Assembly: GCA_963814745.1 (NCBI GenBank) | Contig: CAWFEA010000002.1 | Span: 2,094 to 66,093, forward strand | Length of the DNA: 64,000 bases | Source of the DNA: an uncultured Acidobacteriota bacterium | GTDB lineage: Bacteria; Acidobacteriota; Terriglobia; Terriglobales; Acidobacteriaceae | Direction of reading: 5' to 3' | In this document: positions 55,096 through 64,000 of the stretch, piece by piece | Layout of the letters: each line of letters opens with the position of its first letter | How positions within the stretch are numbered: the first letter of the stretch is position 1 | Program-made: the position numbers and the translations under genes | Notes under the pieces: generated by a model | What the model was told of the DNA's origin: nothing | The model's input: only the letters and a program-made list of their open reading frames with translations | Databases searched by the model: none

Positions 55096-56882
55096 GCGAG
55101 CGAACCTTCAGCGTGACCTCCAACCCCGGCAATATCGCGGGCAAGATCTTCAGCGCCGGCGTCTATCTAGCCGCCGCCGGAGTTTCCATCGGGTTCGTCG
55201 CGTTCACGTCTTTTCCGGCATACACTCTCAACCTGCTGATGCAAGCCTCGACTTACGCGATTGCCGTGCTGGGGCTTACCATCGTGCTCGGCTACAGCGG
55301 GCAGATGAACTTAGGGCAGGCGGCGTTTTTCGGGATCGGCGCCTACGGCGTGGCTCTCGGCACCACGACCTTCGGCCTGCCATTCTGGGTTGCACTGGCG
55401 GCCGGAGTCGCCGCCGCCGCCGTGGCCGGCGTGGCGCTCGGCCTTATGTCGTTGAGACTCGGCGGCCACTACCTCGCCATGGTAACCATCAGCTTCCAGA
55501 TGATTCTCTCCCTGGTGCTGACCAACTGGGTCGAGTTCACCCACGGCCCCGACGGCATTTCCGGAATCGGCCGCCCATCGCATTTTGCCGGGAGCGGTTC
55601 TTACCTTGGTCTCTGCATCGCCGCTCTCTACTTTGTCGGCTTTCTGGTGTGGTATCTGCGCCGGACCAAACTCGGCCGCGCCATGCAGGCCACCCGCGAC
55701 AACGAACTCGCGGCCGGCGTCGTCGGGGTCGATACCTTTGGCACGAAGGTTACAGCCTTCACGCTTTCGGCGATCTTGGGAGGGCTCGGCGGCGGCCTGT
55801 TTGCCGGCGGCTTTGCCTACATCAGCCCGGATCAGTTCAGCTTCAGCGAATCGGTCGTATTCCTGACCATGGCGCTGCTGGGCGGCTCCCGTTCGCCTTT
55901 CGGGACGGTGTTCGGCACCGGACTGCTCATCATGCTGCCGGAGTGGCTACGCTTCCTCAAGACCATTTACCTGGCGGTTTATGGCGGCGCCGTGATCCTG
56001 ATCATGGTCTTCATGCCGGATGGCATCCTGGGTTTCGCCGCGATCATCTGGCGAAAACTGCGTCCCGTCAAGCCACTGGCGGGGGGTGAGATTCCGCCCC
56101 TGGCACTACGCCAACAGAGCGGCCGCGACGAACGGCCGACCACCCTCAAAATATCCGGGTTGGTTAAGCATTTCGGCGGAGTCAAGGCGGTGGACGAAGT
56201 CAACATGAACGTCGCCGGCAACACCGTGCACGCCCTGATCGGCCCCAACGGTTCCGGCAAAACCAGCTTGTTGAATGTGCTGAGCGGAATTTACCGTCCC
56301 ACCGCCGGGCATATTGAATTCGATGGCGTAGACATTACTCATCTCAAGCCCTATCAGCGGGCGGGCCACGGTCTCGGACGTACCTTCCAGAACATACGCC
56401 TTTTCACCGACGTGAATGTGCTCGACAACGTCAAGATTGGCGCTGAGCGCCCCGGCAATGCCATTGGCGGAGCCGCTGCCTTGGAGCGCCACGCCTTGTC
56501 CGCTTTGGATTTCGTGGGGCTGGCCAATCGCGCCTCAGAGGCGGTCGGCAGCCTGTCCTATGGACACCAACGCCTGGTGGAGATTGCCCGCGCGCTGGCC
56601 GGAAACCCCAAGCTGCTGCTGCTCGACGAACCTGGGGCGGGTCTCAACCACGGGGAAAAAGACGAATTAGTCGTGCTCTTGGGACGGCTCAAGGGCCATG
56701 GCTTGACCATCGTCATTGTCGATCACGATATGCATCTGGTGGAGCGTGTCGCCGATCACATCACGGTGCTGAATTTCGGCCGCCACATCGCCGACGGAGC
56801 GCCGGCGGACGTGCTGCGCAACCCCGACGTGGTCGCAGCCTATCTCGGAAAGGTGGATGAAAATGCGACTCCTCGAGCTTGA
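55092..56882 (+). CDS. Fused branched-chain amino-acid ABC permease (LivM) and ATP-binding (LivG) protein
   Basis: The N-terminal 330 aa or so are a LivM-type permease (GYSGQMNLGQAAFFGIGAY). The C-terminal 250 aa or so are an ABC ATPase (GPNGSGKTS, LSYGHQRLVEIARAL, LLLLDEPGAGL). A single continuous frame with an ATGA overlap with livH. Confidence 0.85.
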   Translation: MSERTFSVTSNPGNIAGKIFSAGVYLAAAGVSIGFVAFTSFPAYTLNLLMQASTYAIAVLGLTIVLGYSGQMNLGQAAFFGIGAYGVALGTTTFGLPFWVALAAGVAAAAVAGVALGLMSLRLGGHYLAMVTISFQMILSLVLTNWVEFTHGPDGISGIGRPSHFAGSGSYLGLCIAALYFVGFLVWYLRRTKLGRAMQATRDNELAAGVVGVDTFGTKVTAFTLSAILGGLGGGLFAGGFAYISPDQFSFSESVVFLTMALLGGSRSPFGTVFGTGLLIMLPEWLRFLKTIYLAVYGGAVILIMVFMPDGILGFAAIIWRKLRPVKPLAGGEIPPLALRQQSGRDERPTTLKISGLVKHFGGVKAVDEVNMNVAGNTVHALIGPNGSGKTSLLNVLSGIYRPTAGHIEFDGVDITHLKPYQRAGHGLGRTFQNIRLFTDVNVLDNVKIGAERPGNAIGGAAALERHALSALDFVGLANRASEAVGSLSYGHQRLVEIARALAGNPKLLLLDEPGAGLNHGEKDELVVLLGRLKGHGLTIVIVDHDMHLVERVADHITVLNFGRHIADGAPADVLRNPDVVAAYLGKVDENATPRA

Positions 56883-57594
56883 TCAGATAACCGCCACATA
56901 CGGCAAGGTCGCGGCGCTCGATGGGATCTCTTTTCACATCGACGAGGGTGAAATCGTGGCCCTGCTCGGCGCCAATGGCGCCGGCAAGAGCACGACTCTG
57001 CGCGTCATTTCGGGACTGCTGAAACCTCGGGCCGGCACCGTGCGCCTGCTCGGCCAAGTCATTTCCGGACACTCTCCCGAATCGATTTTCCGGCTCGGCG
57101 TTGCCCATGTCCCGGAGCGCCGGCGTGTGTTTCCAGGGCTGACCGTCCGCGAGAACATCATCCTCGGCGGCGCCAACCGCCCGCACTCGACGCGCGTCGA
57201 GTTGCAATCGGATGCGGAGCACATGTTCGAAATCTTTCCGGAGCTGCGCAACTTCGAGAATGCCCTCGGCTGGATGCTCTCCGGAGGACAGCAGCAGATG
57301 GTCGCGATCGCCCGGGGCCTGATGTCCCGTCCCAAGATTCTGTTGCTCGACGAGCCATCCCTGGGCCTCGGCCCGCTGATCGTTCAACAGGTCTACAAAG
57401 TGATTTCCGATATTCGCCGCCATGGAACAACCCTGCTGCTGGTCGAGCAGAACGCTAACATGGCGCTCTCGGTTGCCGATCGCGGCTATGTTCTGGAAAC
57501 CGGCCACTTGGTTACCGAAGGCCGGCCAGAAGAACTTTGGGATAATGAGGACGTGCGCGCCGCATACCTGGGAGGCCGCGCCAATCGAGCATAG
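56857..57594 (+). CDS. livF: Branched-chain amino-acid ABC transporter ATP-binding protein LivF
   Basis: GANGAGKSTTL Walker A, LSGGQQQMVAIARGL signature, LLLDEPSLGL Walker B. Confidence 0.9.
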   Translation: MKMRLLELDQITATYGKVAALDGISFHIDEGEIVALLGANGAGKSTTLRVISGLLKPRAGTVRLLGQVISGHSPESIFRLGVAHVPERRRVFPGLTVRENIILGGANRPHSTRVELQSDAEHMFEIFPELRNFENALGWMLSGGQQQMVAIARGLMSRPKILLLDEPSLGLGPLIVQQVYKVISDIRRHGTTLLLVEQNANMALSVADRGYVLETGHLVTEGRPEELWDNEDVRAAYLGGRANRA

Positions 57595-57653
57595 TCCGTT
57601 CTCCGGCTCTTTCGGTCGCCGCCGTGCCGGATTCCTCCCGCAGGAGTGATTGC

Positions 57654-58949
57654 ATGTCTACCTTCAGTTTTCCTCGCATGTTGCTGGTTCGACAGAACTT
57701 CCCCGACCGGCGAATTGCGGATGTCCCCGGCGAGGTGCGCCGCCAACTGGCGGCCTCGTCCTTCAGGTCGCAATTGAAGCCCGGAGCCAGTGTAGGCATC
57801 GGCGTTGGCAGCCGCGGAATCAGCGGCATTGCCACCATCGTGCGCGCCGCCGTCGACTACTGGAAGCAGCACGGCATGCGCCCGTTCATTATTCCGGCGA
57901 TGGGAAGCCACGGCGCGGCCACCGCCGCAGGCCAGGCCGATGTGCTGGCCCACTACGGCGTGGACGAGGCGAACATGGGATGCCCCATCGTCAGCCAGTT
58001 GGAGGTGGTGTCGCTGGGCAAGACGGCAGACAACATCGAAGCCTTCATGGATCGCGCGGCCTACAACGCCGACGGCGTCATGTTGATTAACCGCACCAAA
58101 TGGCACACCGATTTCAGCGGCAAAATCGAAAGCGGCTTGTTCAAGATGATGGCTATCGGCCTCGGCAAATTCGCCGGCGCGCAGCGCTACCACTGCTACG
58201 GCTACAAGCTGGGATTGGAACATGTCATCCGCAGCGTGGGACGCCTGGTGCTGAAGTCAGGCAAGATCGTGGGAGGCTTGGCGATTCTGGAGGATGCCTA
58301 CCACCACACGGCCAAGCTCGACGCGGTTACCGCCGCCAACATGGAGCAACGCGAGGAGGAGAATCTGGAGCTGGCACGCTCCTGGGTGGGGACGATTCCG
58401 GTCGATCTCGACGTCCTCATCATCGATGAGATCGGCAAACACATCAGCGGGGGCGGCATGGATTGGAAAGTCGTCAACCGTGGCTTCGAGGCGGCGCGCA
58501 ACCCCTATCCTTACGTGCACCGCTTCGAGCGCATCTTCATTATTCGCGATCTCCACCCCTTGAGTTACGGCAACGCCATTGGCCTGGGACTGGCCGAAAT
58601 TGTTACCGACCGGCTGGTCAACAAGACCGACTGGGAGCCCACACGCATCAACGGCCTCACATCCCTGGGCTTGGCGAGCATTCGCACGCCGATCCATCTG
58701 CCTACGGATCGCGAGTGCCTGGCGGCCATCATGCCCACGGTCGGCAAGTTTGAGATGAGCGAAGTCACGCTGGGCTGGATTCGCAACACGCTGGAACTGG
58801 GGACGCTCGCACTGAGCGAAAATCTCAGACCGGAAATCGCCAAAAACCCGATGCTGGAGATTCTGGGCGAGCCCCGAAACATGGAATTCGACGGCGAAGG
58901 CAATCTGATCAACCTGCTCCCCGATCACTCCCGGGAAGCATCCGCCTGA
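57654..58949 (+). CDS. LarA-N (DUF2088)/DUF362-like domain protein of unknown function
   Basis: 431 aa. VGIGVGSRGI...IIPAMGSHGAAT...DGVMLINRTKWHTDFSGKIESGLFKMMAIGLG parallels the LarA block ...SHFFAGFSGGRK... and the DUF362 K-T-H..TG block. The assignment is by eye only. Confidence 0.4.
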   Translation: MSTFSFPRMLLVRQNFPDRRIADVPGEVRRQLAASSFRSQLKPGASVGIGVGSRGISGIATIVRAAVDYWKQHGMRPFIIPAMGSHGAATAAGQADVLAHYGVDEANMGCPIVSQLEVVSLGKTADNIEAFMDRAAYNADGVMLINRTKWHTDFSGKIESGLFKMMAIGLGKFAGAQRYHCYGYKLGLEHVIRSVGRLVLKSGKIVGGLAILEDAYHHTAKLDAVTAANMEQREEENLELARSWVGTIPVDLDVLIIDEIGKHISGGGMDWKVVNRGFEAARNPYPYVHRFERIFIIRDLHPLSYGNAIGLGLAEIVTDRLVNKTDWEPTRINGLTSLGLASIRTPIHLPTDRECLAAIMPTVGKFEMSEVTLGWIRNTLELGTLALSENLRPEIAKNPMLEILGEPRNMEFDGEGNLINLLPDHSREASA

Positions 58950-58967
58950 TGGTCGGCAGCAAAGGCA

Positions 58968-59005
58968 AAGGCCCGAAGCTGTTTGGCTCCGGGCCTTGAT
59001 TTTTT
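58968..59005. terminator. Bidirectional rho-independent terminator
   Basis: AAGGCCCG-N14-CGGGCCTT followed by GATTTTTT on the + strand, with a T-rich tract on the - strand. It lies between the convergent LarA-like and csp genes. Confidence 0.6.
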
Positions 59006-59017
59006 CGGCCTGCGTCT

Positions 59018-59218
59018 TTACAGAACCTGTACGTTCTCTGCCTGCCAGCCCTTCGGGCCGCGCTTGACATCGAACTGCACCGACTGACCTTCCTGGAGGC
59101 TGCGGAAACCGTTCGACTGAATTGCCGTGTGATGGACGAATACATCCTCGCCATTCTGACGGCTGATGAAGCCAAAACCCTTGGCGTCGTTAAACCACTT
59201 CACTGTTCCTTGTTCCAC
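59018..59218 (-). CDS. cspA: Cold-shock protein (CspA family)
   Basis: [15 protein letters not shown] (RNP1) and DVFVHHTAI (RNP2). A 66-aa product is obtained if GTG 59218 is the start. The 107-aa ORF-track version begins at a TTG and adds a non-Csp N-terminus. Confidence 0.85.
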   Translation of the reverse strand: MEQGTVKWFNDAKGFGFISRQNGEDVFVHHTAIQSNGFRSLQEGQSVQFDVKRGPKGWQAENVQVL

Positions 59219-59600
59219 TTTTTGTTTTACCTGTGTTTCTTTATGTTTCTTTGTTTCTGCTGAGATCGTTTGCTCTGAGAGTGGGTGACGCAGATGAATC
59301 GGCGGGACCAGCTCAACATGGCTTAAAGCGAACTTAGCCAAACATAAATAGATTACCCCATCATGAAAAGAATTGCAATATCAATATAATACTCGGGCAA
59401 ACCCATTAGAGTGAGATACTTCCGGCGCAACAGGCTCCCTGCCAATCGGAACCAGCGCCTGCGCAGTCCGCCGCTTGGGAGCGTCCGTGCGAGCCGCAAC
59501 CGTGAAGCAGAAACCGCAGGCCGTGAGCGTGTTTCCATAGTACATTGGAGTCTCACTCCAGAGTTTGCGAAGACGGCATCGGAAGGAGTTCTGTCCGTTC

Positions 59601-61730
59601 GTGCACACTAACTTCACGGTTTCTGATTTACTTCGCAGCGCACAAGCTTTCGCTCTGATGCCGCTTTTTCTTTTCGTGCCCGGATATGTACTGGGCTGGC
59701 TGCTGCGGGTGCTCGACTTCAGGCGGAGATCGTTTCCCGAACAAGTGCTGATAGCCACTCCGCTCTCCCTGGCGCTCTGCCCAATTGCTACTTACCGGCT
59801 TGGGTTGAGCGCTTCCATGGCTGCGGTGTGGGTCTTCTACGGATGCTGCTGGGCGCTGTGTCCCGTCCTTCTGGCGCTGCGGGCGCGAACTGTTCGCCGC
59901 TCTGAGCTGCGGCTTTCGCGCTACACCTGGATTGCCTTGGCCATCGTTGCGGCGTGGTGCCTGGTTTTGCTCCTCAGCCTCGTCGATCTGCAAATCCACG
60001 ATCGCTTGTACTCCAGCGTGGCCGCCAACGACTACGGTTTTCGTGTCCCGATCACGCAAGCGCTGGCGCGGGAAGGCCTGCCGGGCTTCAATCCTTTTTT
60101 CTATCCGGGCCACCAGGTTCCGCTGCGCTACCACTACTTCTGGATGCTGCTTTGCAGCCTCCCGGTGAGATTGTTCGGTATTCGTGCGCTCCACGCCATG
60201 TGGGGAGCCACCCCGTGGTGCGCTATCGGGTTGCTGTCGATGATCCCGCTCTTTCTGAAGTTTGTTTTCACCCCCGCGGCAAATCTACGGCGGCAAGCCG
60301 TGATTGGCATGTTTCTATTGGCCGTCACCGGTTTGGATATTATCCCCACGGCCGCCAACTTCGTGAGTATGCCTCTGCAGATACAAGGCGACATGGAGTG
60401 GTGGAACGAACAGGTCGCCTCCTGGATGGATAGCGTACTCTGGAATCCTCATCACGTTTCCGCCTTAATCGTTTGCCTGCTGGGATTCCTTCTGCTGTGG
60501 AATGCGCTCCGCTCTACCTGGCGGGATAGGATCGTCGCCGTTTTGCTCTCCGCCGCGGCCTTTGCCACCGCCTCCGGTCTTTCAGTTTTTGTGACTTTCA
60601 CCTTTGCCCTCTTCATGGCCGCATGGCTGCTGTTCACGCTCCGCCAAAAGCAATGGTTGACGGCGGCTTTGCAGTGCCTTTCCGGAATACTCGCGGTTTG
60701 TTTTGCGCTGCCGTTACTGAAGGTGCTGCTCGCTCCGGCGGGCGCTGGTGGTGGTTTTGCGAAGTTCGGTGTCAGGCCGTTTCACACGGCGATTGTCGTG
60801 CTTCAGCTTTTCGGCGTAAATTCGCCGGGGGCCTTTGCAGCGGTGTCTCTGTTCTCCCTTCCCCTGAGCTACTTCTTTGAGCTGGGAATTTTCGGCGTCG
60901 TCGCACTCTTCCGCCTGCGGGATGTCTGCCGCAAACCTCAACCGCTTTCGGAAGCCGAGAAAGTCAGTTGGATAATGGTATTGGTGAGCCTGCTCATCGC
61001 TACCTTCATGCAATCTTCCGTGGCGGGCAACCCCAATGATCTGGGATGGAGGTCCTTTCTGCCCTTCCAGTTCATTACCCTGCTGTGGGCCATTCCGTTG
61101 GTGGAGAGCTGGCTGGACCGGGCGCAGAACAAAGCTTTTCAGGTTCCCGCAAGCGGACCGCTGGCGATACGCCATTCGTGGCTGGTGGCCCTTCTGTTGC
61201 TCGGATTTCTCGGAACCATCTATCAGCTGGTTTGCTTAAGAACCTATGCTATAGGGGTCGAGAAGGGCGCGCTGCTGGCCCCGCCATGGCTTGAGGACGA
61301 TCGAAACCTGGGCAGAAGGCAGTTTGCCATCCGTGAACTTTACGAAACTCTCCACACCAAACTGCCGCCGGACGTCATCGTCCAGCAGAACCCTATTTCC
61401 CGCCATTGGACCGAGCACCTGCTCTACAACGAGCGCCAGCGAGTCGCCGGAGTACCCGGTTGCGGAGTGAACTTCGGCGGTGATATACGCGAGTGCATGG
61501 GCACCATGCAACGCACCTTCAACCTCTATAGGATTCCGAATTCCATTCGCGATCTCGACTCTGTCTGTCGCGCTTTGTCGATCGACGTGGTTGTCGCCAC
61601 CGATCTCGACTATGTTTGGGCGGACCGCCGAAGTTGGGTGTGGCGTACAACCCCCATCGCCGGAAACAGCTTCGCCCGCGCCATCGCCTGCGGCGAGTCC
61701 TCTAAGTTGTCTGCAAAAGTCGGAAACTAG
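59601..61730 (+). CDS. Large polytopic membrane protein of unknown function (GT-C-like topology, speculative)
   Basis: About 14 hydrophobic segments followed by a soluble C-terminal domain of about 190 aa. No recognised catalytic motif. The start is uncertain (GTG 59601, 12 nt after GGAAGGAG, or TTG 59565). Confidence 0.55.
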   Translation: MHTNFTVSDLLRSAQAFALMPLFLFVPGYVLGWLLRVLDFRRRSFPEQVLIATPLSLALCPIATYRLGLSASMAAVWVFYGCCWALCPVLLALRARTVRRSELRLSRYTWIALAIVAAWCLVLLLSLVDLQIHDRLYSSVAANDYGFRVPITQALAREGLPGFNPFFYPGHQVPLRYHYFWMLLCSLPVRLFGIRALHAMWGATPWCAIGLLSMIPLFLKFVFTPAANLRRQAVIGMFLLAVTGLDIIPTAANFVSMPLQIQGDMEWWNEQVASWMDSVLWNPHHVSALIVCLLGFLLLWNALRSTWRDRIVAVLLSAAAFATASGLSVFVTFTFALFMAAWLLFTLRQKQWLTAALQCLSGILAVCFALPLLKVLLAPAGAGGGFAKFGVRPFHTAIVVLQLFGVNSPGAFAAVSLFSLPLSYFFELGIFGVVALFRLRDVCRKPQPLSEAEKVSWIMVLVSLLIATFMQSSVAGNPNDLGWRSFLPFQFITLLWAIPLVESWLDRAQNKAFQVPASGPLAIRHSWLVALLLLGFLGTIYQLVCLRTYAIGVEKGALLAPPWLEDDRNLGRRQFAIRELYETLHTKLPPDVIVQQNPISRHWTEHLLYNERQRVAGVPGCGVNFGGDIRECMGTMQRTFNLYRIPNSIRDLDSVCRALSIDVVVATDLDYVWADRRSWVWRTTPIAGNSFARAIACGESSKLSAKVGN

Positions 61731-61740
61731 AAGGTGTTTT

Positions 61741-63168
61741 CTAAGGGTTCAGCGATGCCGCCGACGACGCGGCGACCGCCGGGACAACTTCTCTGGCCAC
61801 GTGTTGGAGGGCGAATCTAGAAGAACGCTGCTCAATCCATTCCAGCACGAACCCACCCGCCAGCAACGGCAGCAACCAGACGACGCGGCTCTGGTAACGG
61901 CCGTCGACCTCCGACAAGACGCCGGTGACAAACGCGTTGGCGATGACCGCAAACAAGATCACTACCCCAAGCCCTGCAAGCCGAGAAGACAGGCGGCGCC
62001 ACGCAAAAGTCGTAAAGACGCCGATCAGAGCAATCGACGTGATCACCGTCCAGCTTTGTACCGACGTGAACAACTCCTCGGGCAGTTTCTGTTGCGCCTG
62101 CCGGCCTTGCGCATATCCTGCGCCTGGCAGCGCTCCGTCCAAGAACAAATCGCTGGCATCCTCGGATAAGTCAAAGGTCGTCAATTGCCGCCAGAAATTG
62201 TGCAGTGAGATCAACAACTGCTGGCGCGGATACACGCACAGAGTCGCCATCACAAAGCGCATTTCCTGCCGGCGCAGCAGGTCTTGTTGTTCCGTCGAGG
62301 CGTTCTGCCAGATTCCGTCCTCATCCCAGAGAAAGCTGTCGGTGCTTCGAGGCAGATTTTTGACGTAGTCGCACACGGCCAGTTCCGAATTCCCGCAGTG
62401 CCGCTCCAAATACCAGCGCCCCGGCCCGTCGGCAATCACGCGGGCCGTCAAAAACGGCGGCTGCTCGTGATCCAGCGACGGGCTGTCATACAAGTACGCG
62501 TTCAGCGCGAGTTGAGCCGCGACCGCCATCAGGACGATCACCGCCACGCCTCCGACCGCTTGCCATCGCAGAGCATTCGGCCGGCGCCGGAATACCAGCA
62601 GCGAAGCCAGCAAGACGCACATTCCGGCGGCCAAGATCAAATGCGTGACGTGAGACGCCGCCGCCCACCATGCAAGCGGGATCAAGGTCAGGCGTTCACC
62701 GCGAGAGAGGCTTTCCGGAGCAAACACCAGCAGATAAATGCAGAGGTACAGCAGCGGACCCAGGATATCCGGCATGATCAGGCTGACGATCCAGCCCAAG
62801 CCGGTAAATAGAGCGAGCGCGGCGACCACCGCAAAATAACCGATCACCGTCCGCCGCGGCGCAAGCGAGCGCACAACCAGCCAGAGGACATACGCGGTCA
62901 GCGCGGCTTGCAGCGCAACTACGGGTGCCAGGTTGATGCCCCAGTGAAATGGGAAAATGCCAACCGAATAGATCAGCGACCGCATGCCAAAATAGTCCGA
63001 GATTTTGTGCAGGAACAACGCCCGCGCCACCACCGGTCCGTCCTGAACGTACGCCACCGAATCCGGATACAACAGCGGATAGCCGTTATAAAGCGCGGGC
63101 CACGCCATGAGAAGCGCCGCCGACAAGACCGCGCCGCCGCGCCGAATTGAACGGACATTCAGCCGCAT
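61741..63168 (-). CDS. Polytopic membrane protein of unknown function (GT-C-like topology, speculative)
   Basis: About 10-12 hydrophobic segments with an internal soluble loop (FLWDEDGIWQNASTEQQDLLRRQEMRF). Convergent with the previous gene, with stops 10 nt apart. Confidence 0.55.
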   Translation of the reverse strand: MRLNVRSIRRGGAVLSAALLMAWPALYNGYPLLYPDSVAYVQDGPVVARALFLHKISDYFGMRSLIYSVGIFPFHWGINLAPVVALQAALTAYVLWLVVRSLAPRRTVIGYFAVVAALALFTGLGWIVSLIMPDILGPLLYLCIYLLVFAPESLSRGERLTLIPLAWWAAASHVTHLILAAGMCVLLASLLVFRRRPNALRWQAVGGVAVIVLMAVAAQLALNAYLYDSPSLDHEQPPFLTARVIADGPGRWYLERHCGNSELAVCDYVKNLPRSTDSFLWDEDGIWQNASTEQQDLLRRQEMRFVMATLCVYPRQQLLISLHNFWRQLTTFDLSEDASDLFLDGALPGAGYAQGRQAQQKLPEELFTSVQSWTVITSIALIGVFTTFAWRRLSSRLAGLGVVILFAVIANAFVTGVLSEVDGRYQSRVVWLLPLLAGGFVLEWIEQRSSRFALQHVAREVVPAVAASSAASLNP

Positions 63169-63406
63169 CGTTTACTCTGTCAGTCGCCGGACTATCTGCC
63201 GGGGTCTCCCTGCAGCAGACAGAAACGGGCACAGCAATACTGAATAGGGGAGCCATCATCTTACCTCGGAATGTCCCGTGGGGCACGCGGAAACTTGAAT
63301 TTCTTATGCACAGCTCTAGCGCGTGGACACAGCCGCCGGCGTTAGCTTCGCCTGCGCTTTAAAGCGGATGCGTTGGCGCCGCCGAGAGACGCCGTCGTGA
63401 TTGGGC

Positions 63407-63434
63407 AAAAAACTTCGCCGGAGATTCCCGGCGA
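63407..63434 (-). terminator. Rho-independent terminator (minus strand)
   Basis: On the minus strand, TCGCCGG-gaatct-CCGGCGA is followed by AGTTTTTT, just downstream of the stop at 63445. Confidence 0.55.
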
Positions 63435-63444
63435 CACGCAGAGT

Positions 63445-64000
63445 CTACTTCCGCGCGCCTTGACTGAGGAATTCAGTCAGCAGCGCGATCCTGTTGCCGT
63501 CCGCTCCGCCGGCGTAGTCCCGGGCGATATCGTCGTAGAGCCGCGCGGCGCCGTTGAGCATCTCGCAGCCGCCGCTCTCCGGTTGCAGAAACTTAGCAAC
63601 CTCTTCCATCTCGCCGATCCAGCGATAGGCCTTCGCATACATCTTGGGCAAAGCGCGCGACAGCAGTTGCAGCACCTCGGGCTGGCTGCCCTTCATCTCC
63701 TGCCACAGCGCTTCCGAGACGCCGTTGCGCACCGCGCCCAAAATCATCGCCGCTCCCAGTGCCTGCAATCCTTTGTTGATTCCGCCGTAAGCCATCTTCA
63801 ACGCCGAAGCATCGCCGATCTCGCTCGACAGAGGCCGCACGTCCATGCCGAACTTCCGCAGATCCTCGAAGCGGCTGACTGCCCCGCCGGAGGCATAGAA
63901 GCGGGGCGCGGGGCGGCCGGAAGCCGGAGGCGGACCGACGATCCCGGCATCGACAAACGGCAAGTGCTCCTGCTCAAAAGGCGCGGCGATTTCTTTCACC
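63445..64000 (-). CDS. NAD(P)-binding dehydrogenase C-terminal part (6-phosphogluconate-dehydrogenase-like/DUF1932), partial
   Basis: FVDAGIVGPPP...GDASALKMAYGGINKGLQALGAAM... is typical of the DUF1932 / beta-hydroxyacid dehydrogenase C-terminal domain. The ORF runs off the window end. Confidence 0.6.
   Translation of the reverse strand, partial: VKEIAAPFEQEHLPFVDAGIVGPPPASGRPAPRFYASGGAVSRFEDLRKFGMDVRPLSSEIGDASALKMAYGGINKGLQALGAAMILGAVRNGVSEALWQEMKGSQPEVLQLLSRALPKMYAKAYRWIGEMEEVAKFLQPESGGCEMLNGAARLYDDIARDYAGGADGNRIALLTEFLSQGARK

Noticed and set aside
59018-59341. 107-aa version of the cold-shock protein
   Set aside because: It starts at a TTG with no RBS, and the extra 41 aa have no Csp similarity. 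The canonical 66-aa length is obtained from GTG 59218.

Overview
This is a high-GC (roughly 60%) chromosomal segment. Its gene content looks Acidobacteriota-like (inference only): CarboxypepD_reg-type TonB receptor, PEP-CTERM/exosortase locus, many sigma-54 activators. Layout from left to right: (1) 1-11.7 kb holds organic-acid metabolism and transport genes: an HMGL-like enzyme, two ACS-type MFS transporters, a Tat-signal MmgE/PrpD protein, malate synthase A, a JAB/MPN protein and an FAD-linked D-lactate-type dehydrogenase, plus one nested-palindrome MITE-like element. (2) 12-16.8 kb holds nikR divergent from a TonB-dependent receptor, with two tandem 27-bp palindromic operators between them, followed by a Tat-exported DUF362 protein. 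(3) 17-42.3 kb is a large PEP-CTERM/exosortase A exopolysaccharide island. It contains two PEP-CTERM substrates, a sensor-less histidine kinase, an NtrC-type regulator, a receiver-less sigma-54 activator, a Wza-like exporter, an outer-membrane protein, a chain-length determinant, an ExeA-like ATPase, a tyrosine-kinase-like protein, a priming sugar transferase, GT2 and 2x GT4 glycosyltransferases, a deacetylase, an alkaline-phosphatase-family protein, DUF362, a flippase, XrtA, EpsI and the PrsT TPR lipoprotein. (4) 42.8-45.4 kb holds a CAP-domain protein, higBA and a disrupted trmJ. (5) 45.5-51.5 kb holds a ferredoxin-O-methyltransferase fusion, an OmpR-type two-component system, a Spy/CpxP-like protein, a lone receiver and an ECF sigma factor. 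(6) 51.7-57.6 kb is a Liv-type branched-chain amino-acid ABC system with two tandem binding-protein paralogues and a LivM-LivG fusion. (7) 57.6-64 kb holds a LarA/DUF362-like protein, a cold-shock protein and two convergent uncharacterised polytopic membrane proteins. No rRNA, tRNA, CRISPR array or transposase was recognised. The most notable observations are: six frame disruptions concentrated in xrtA, two EPS-locus genes and trmJ (one is a 17-nt tandem duplication); a candidate NikR regulon with a new operator architecture; candidate sigma-54 promoter elements in the exosortase locus; and non-canonical DUF362 and phosphodiesterase members inside the EPS operon. All functional calls come from reading motifs by eye; no database search was run.
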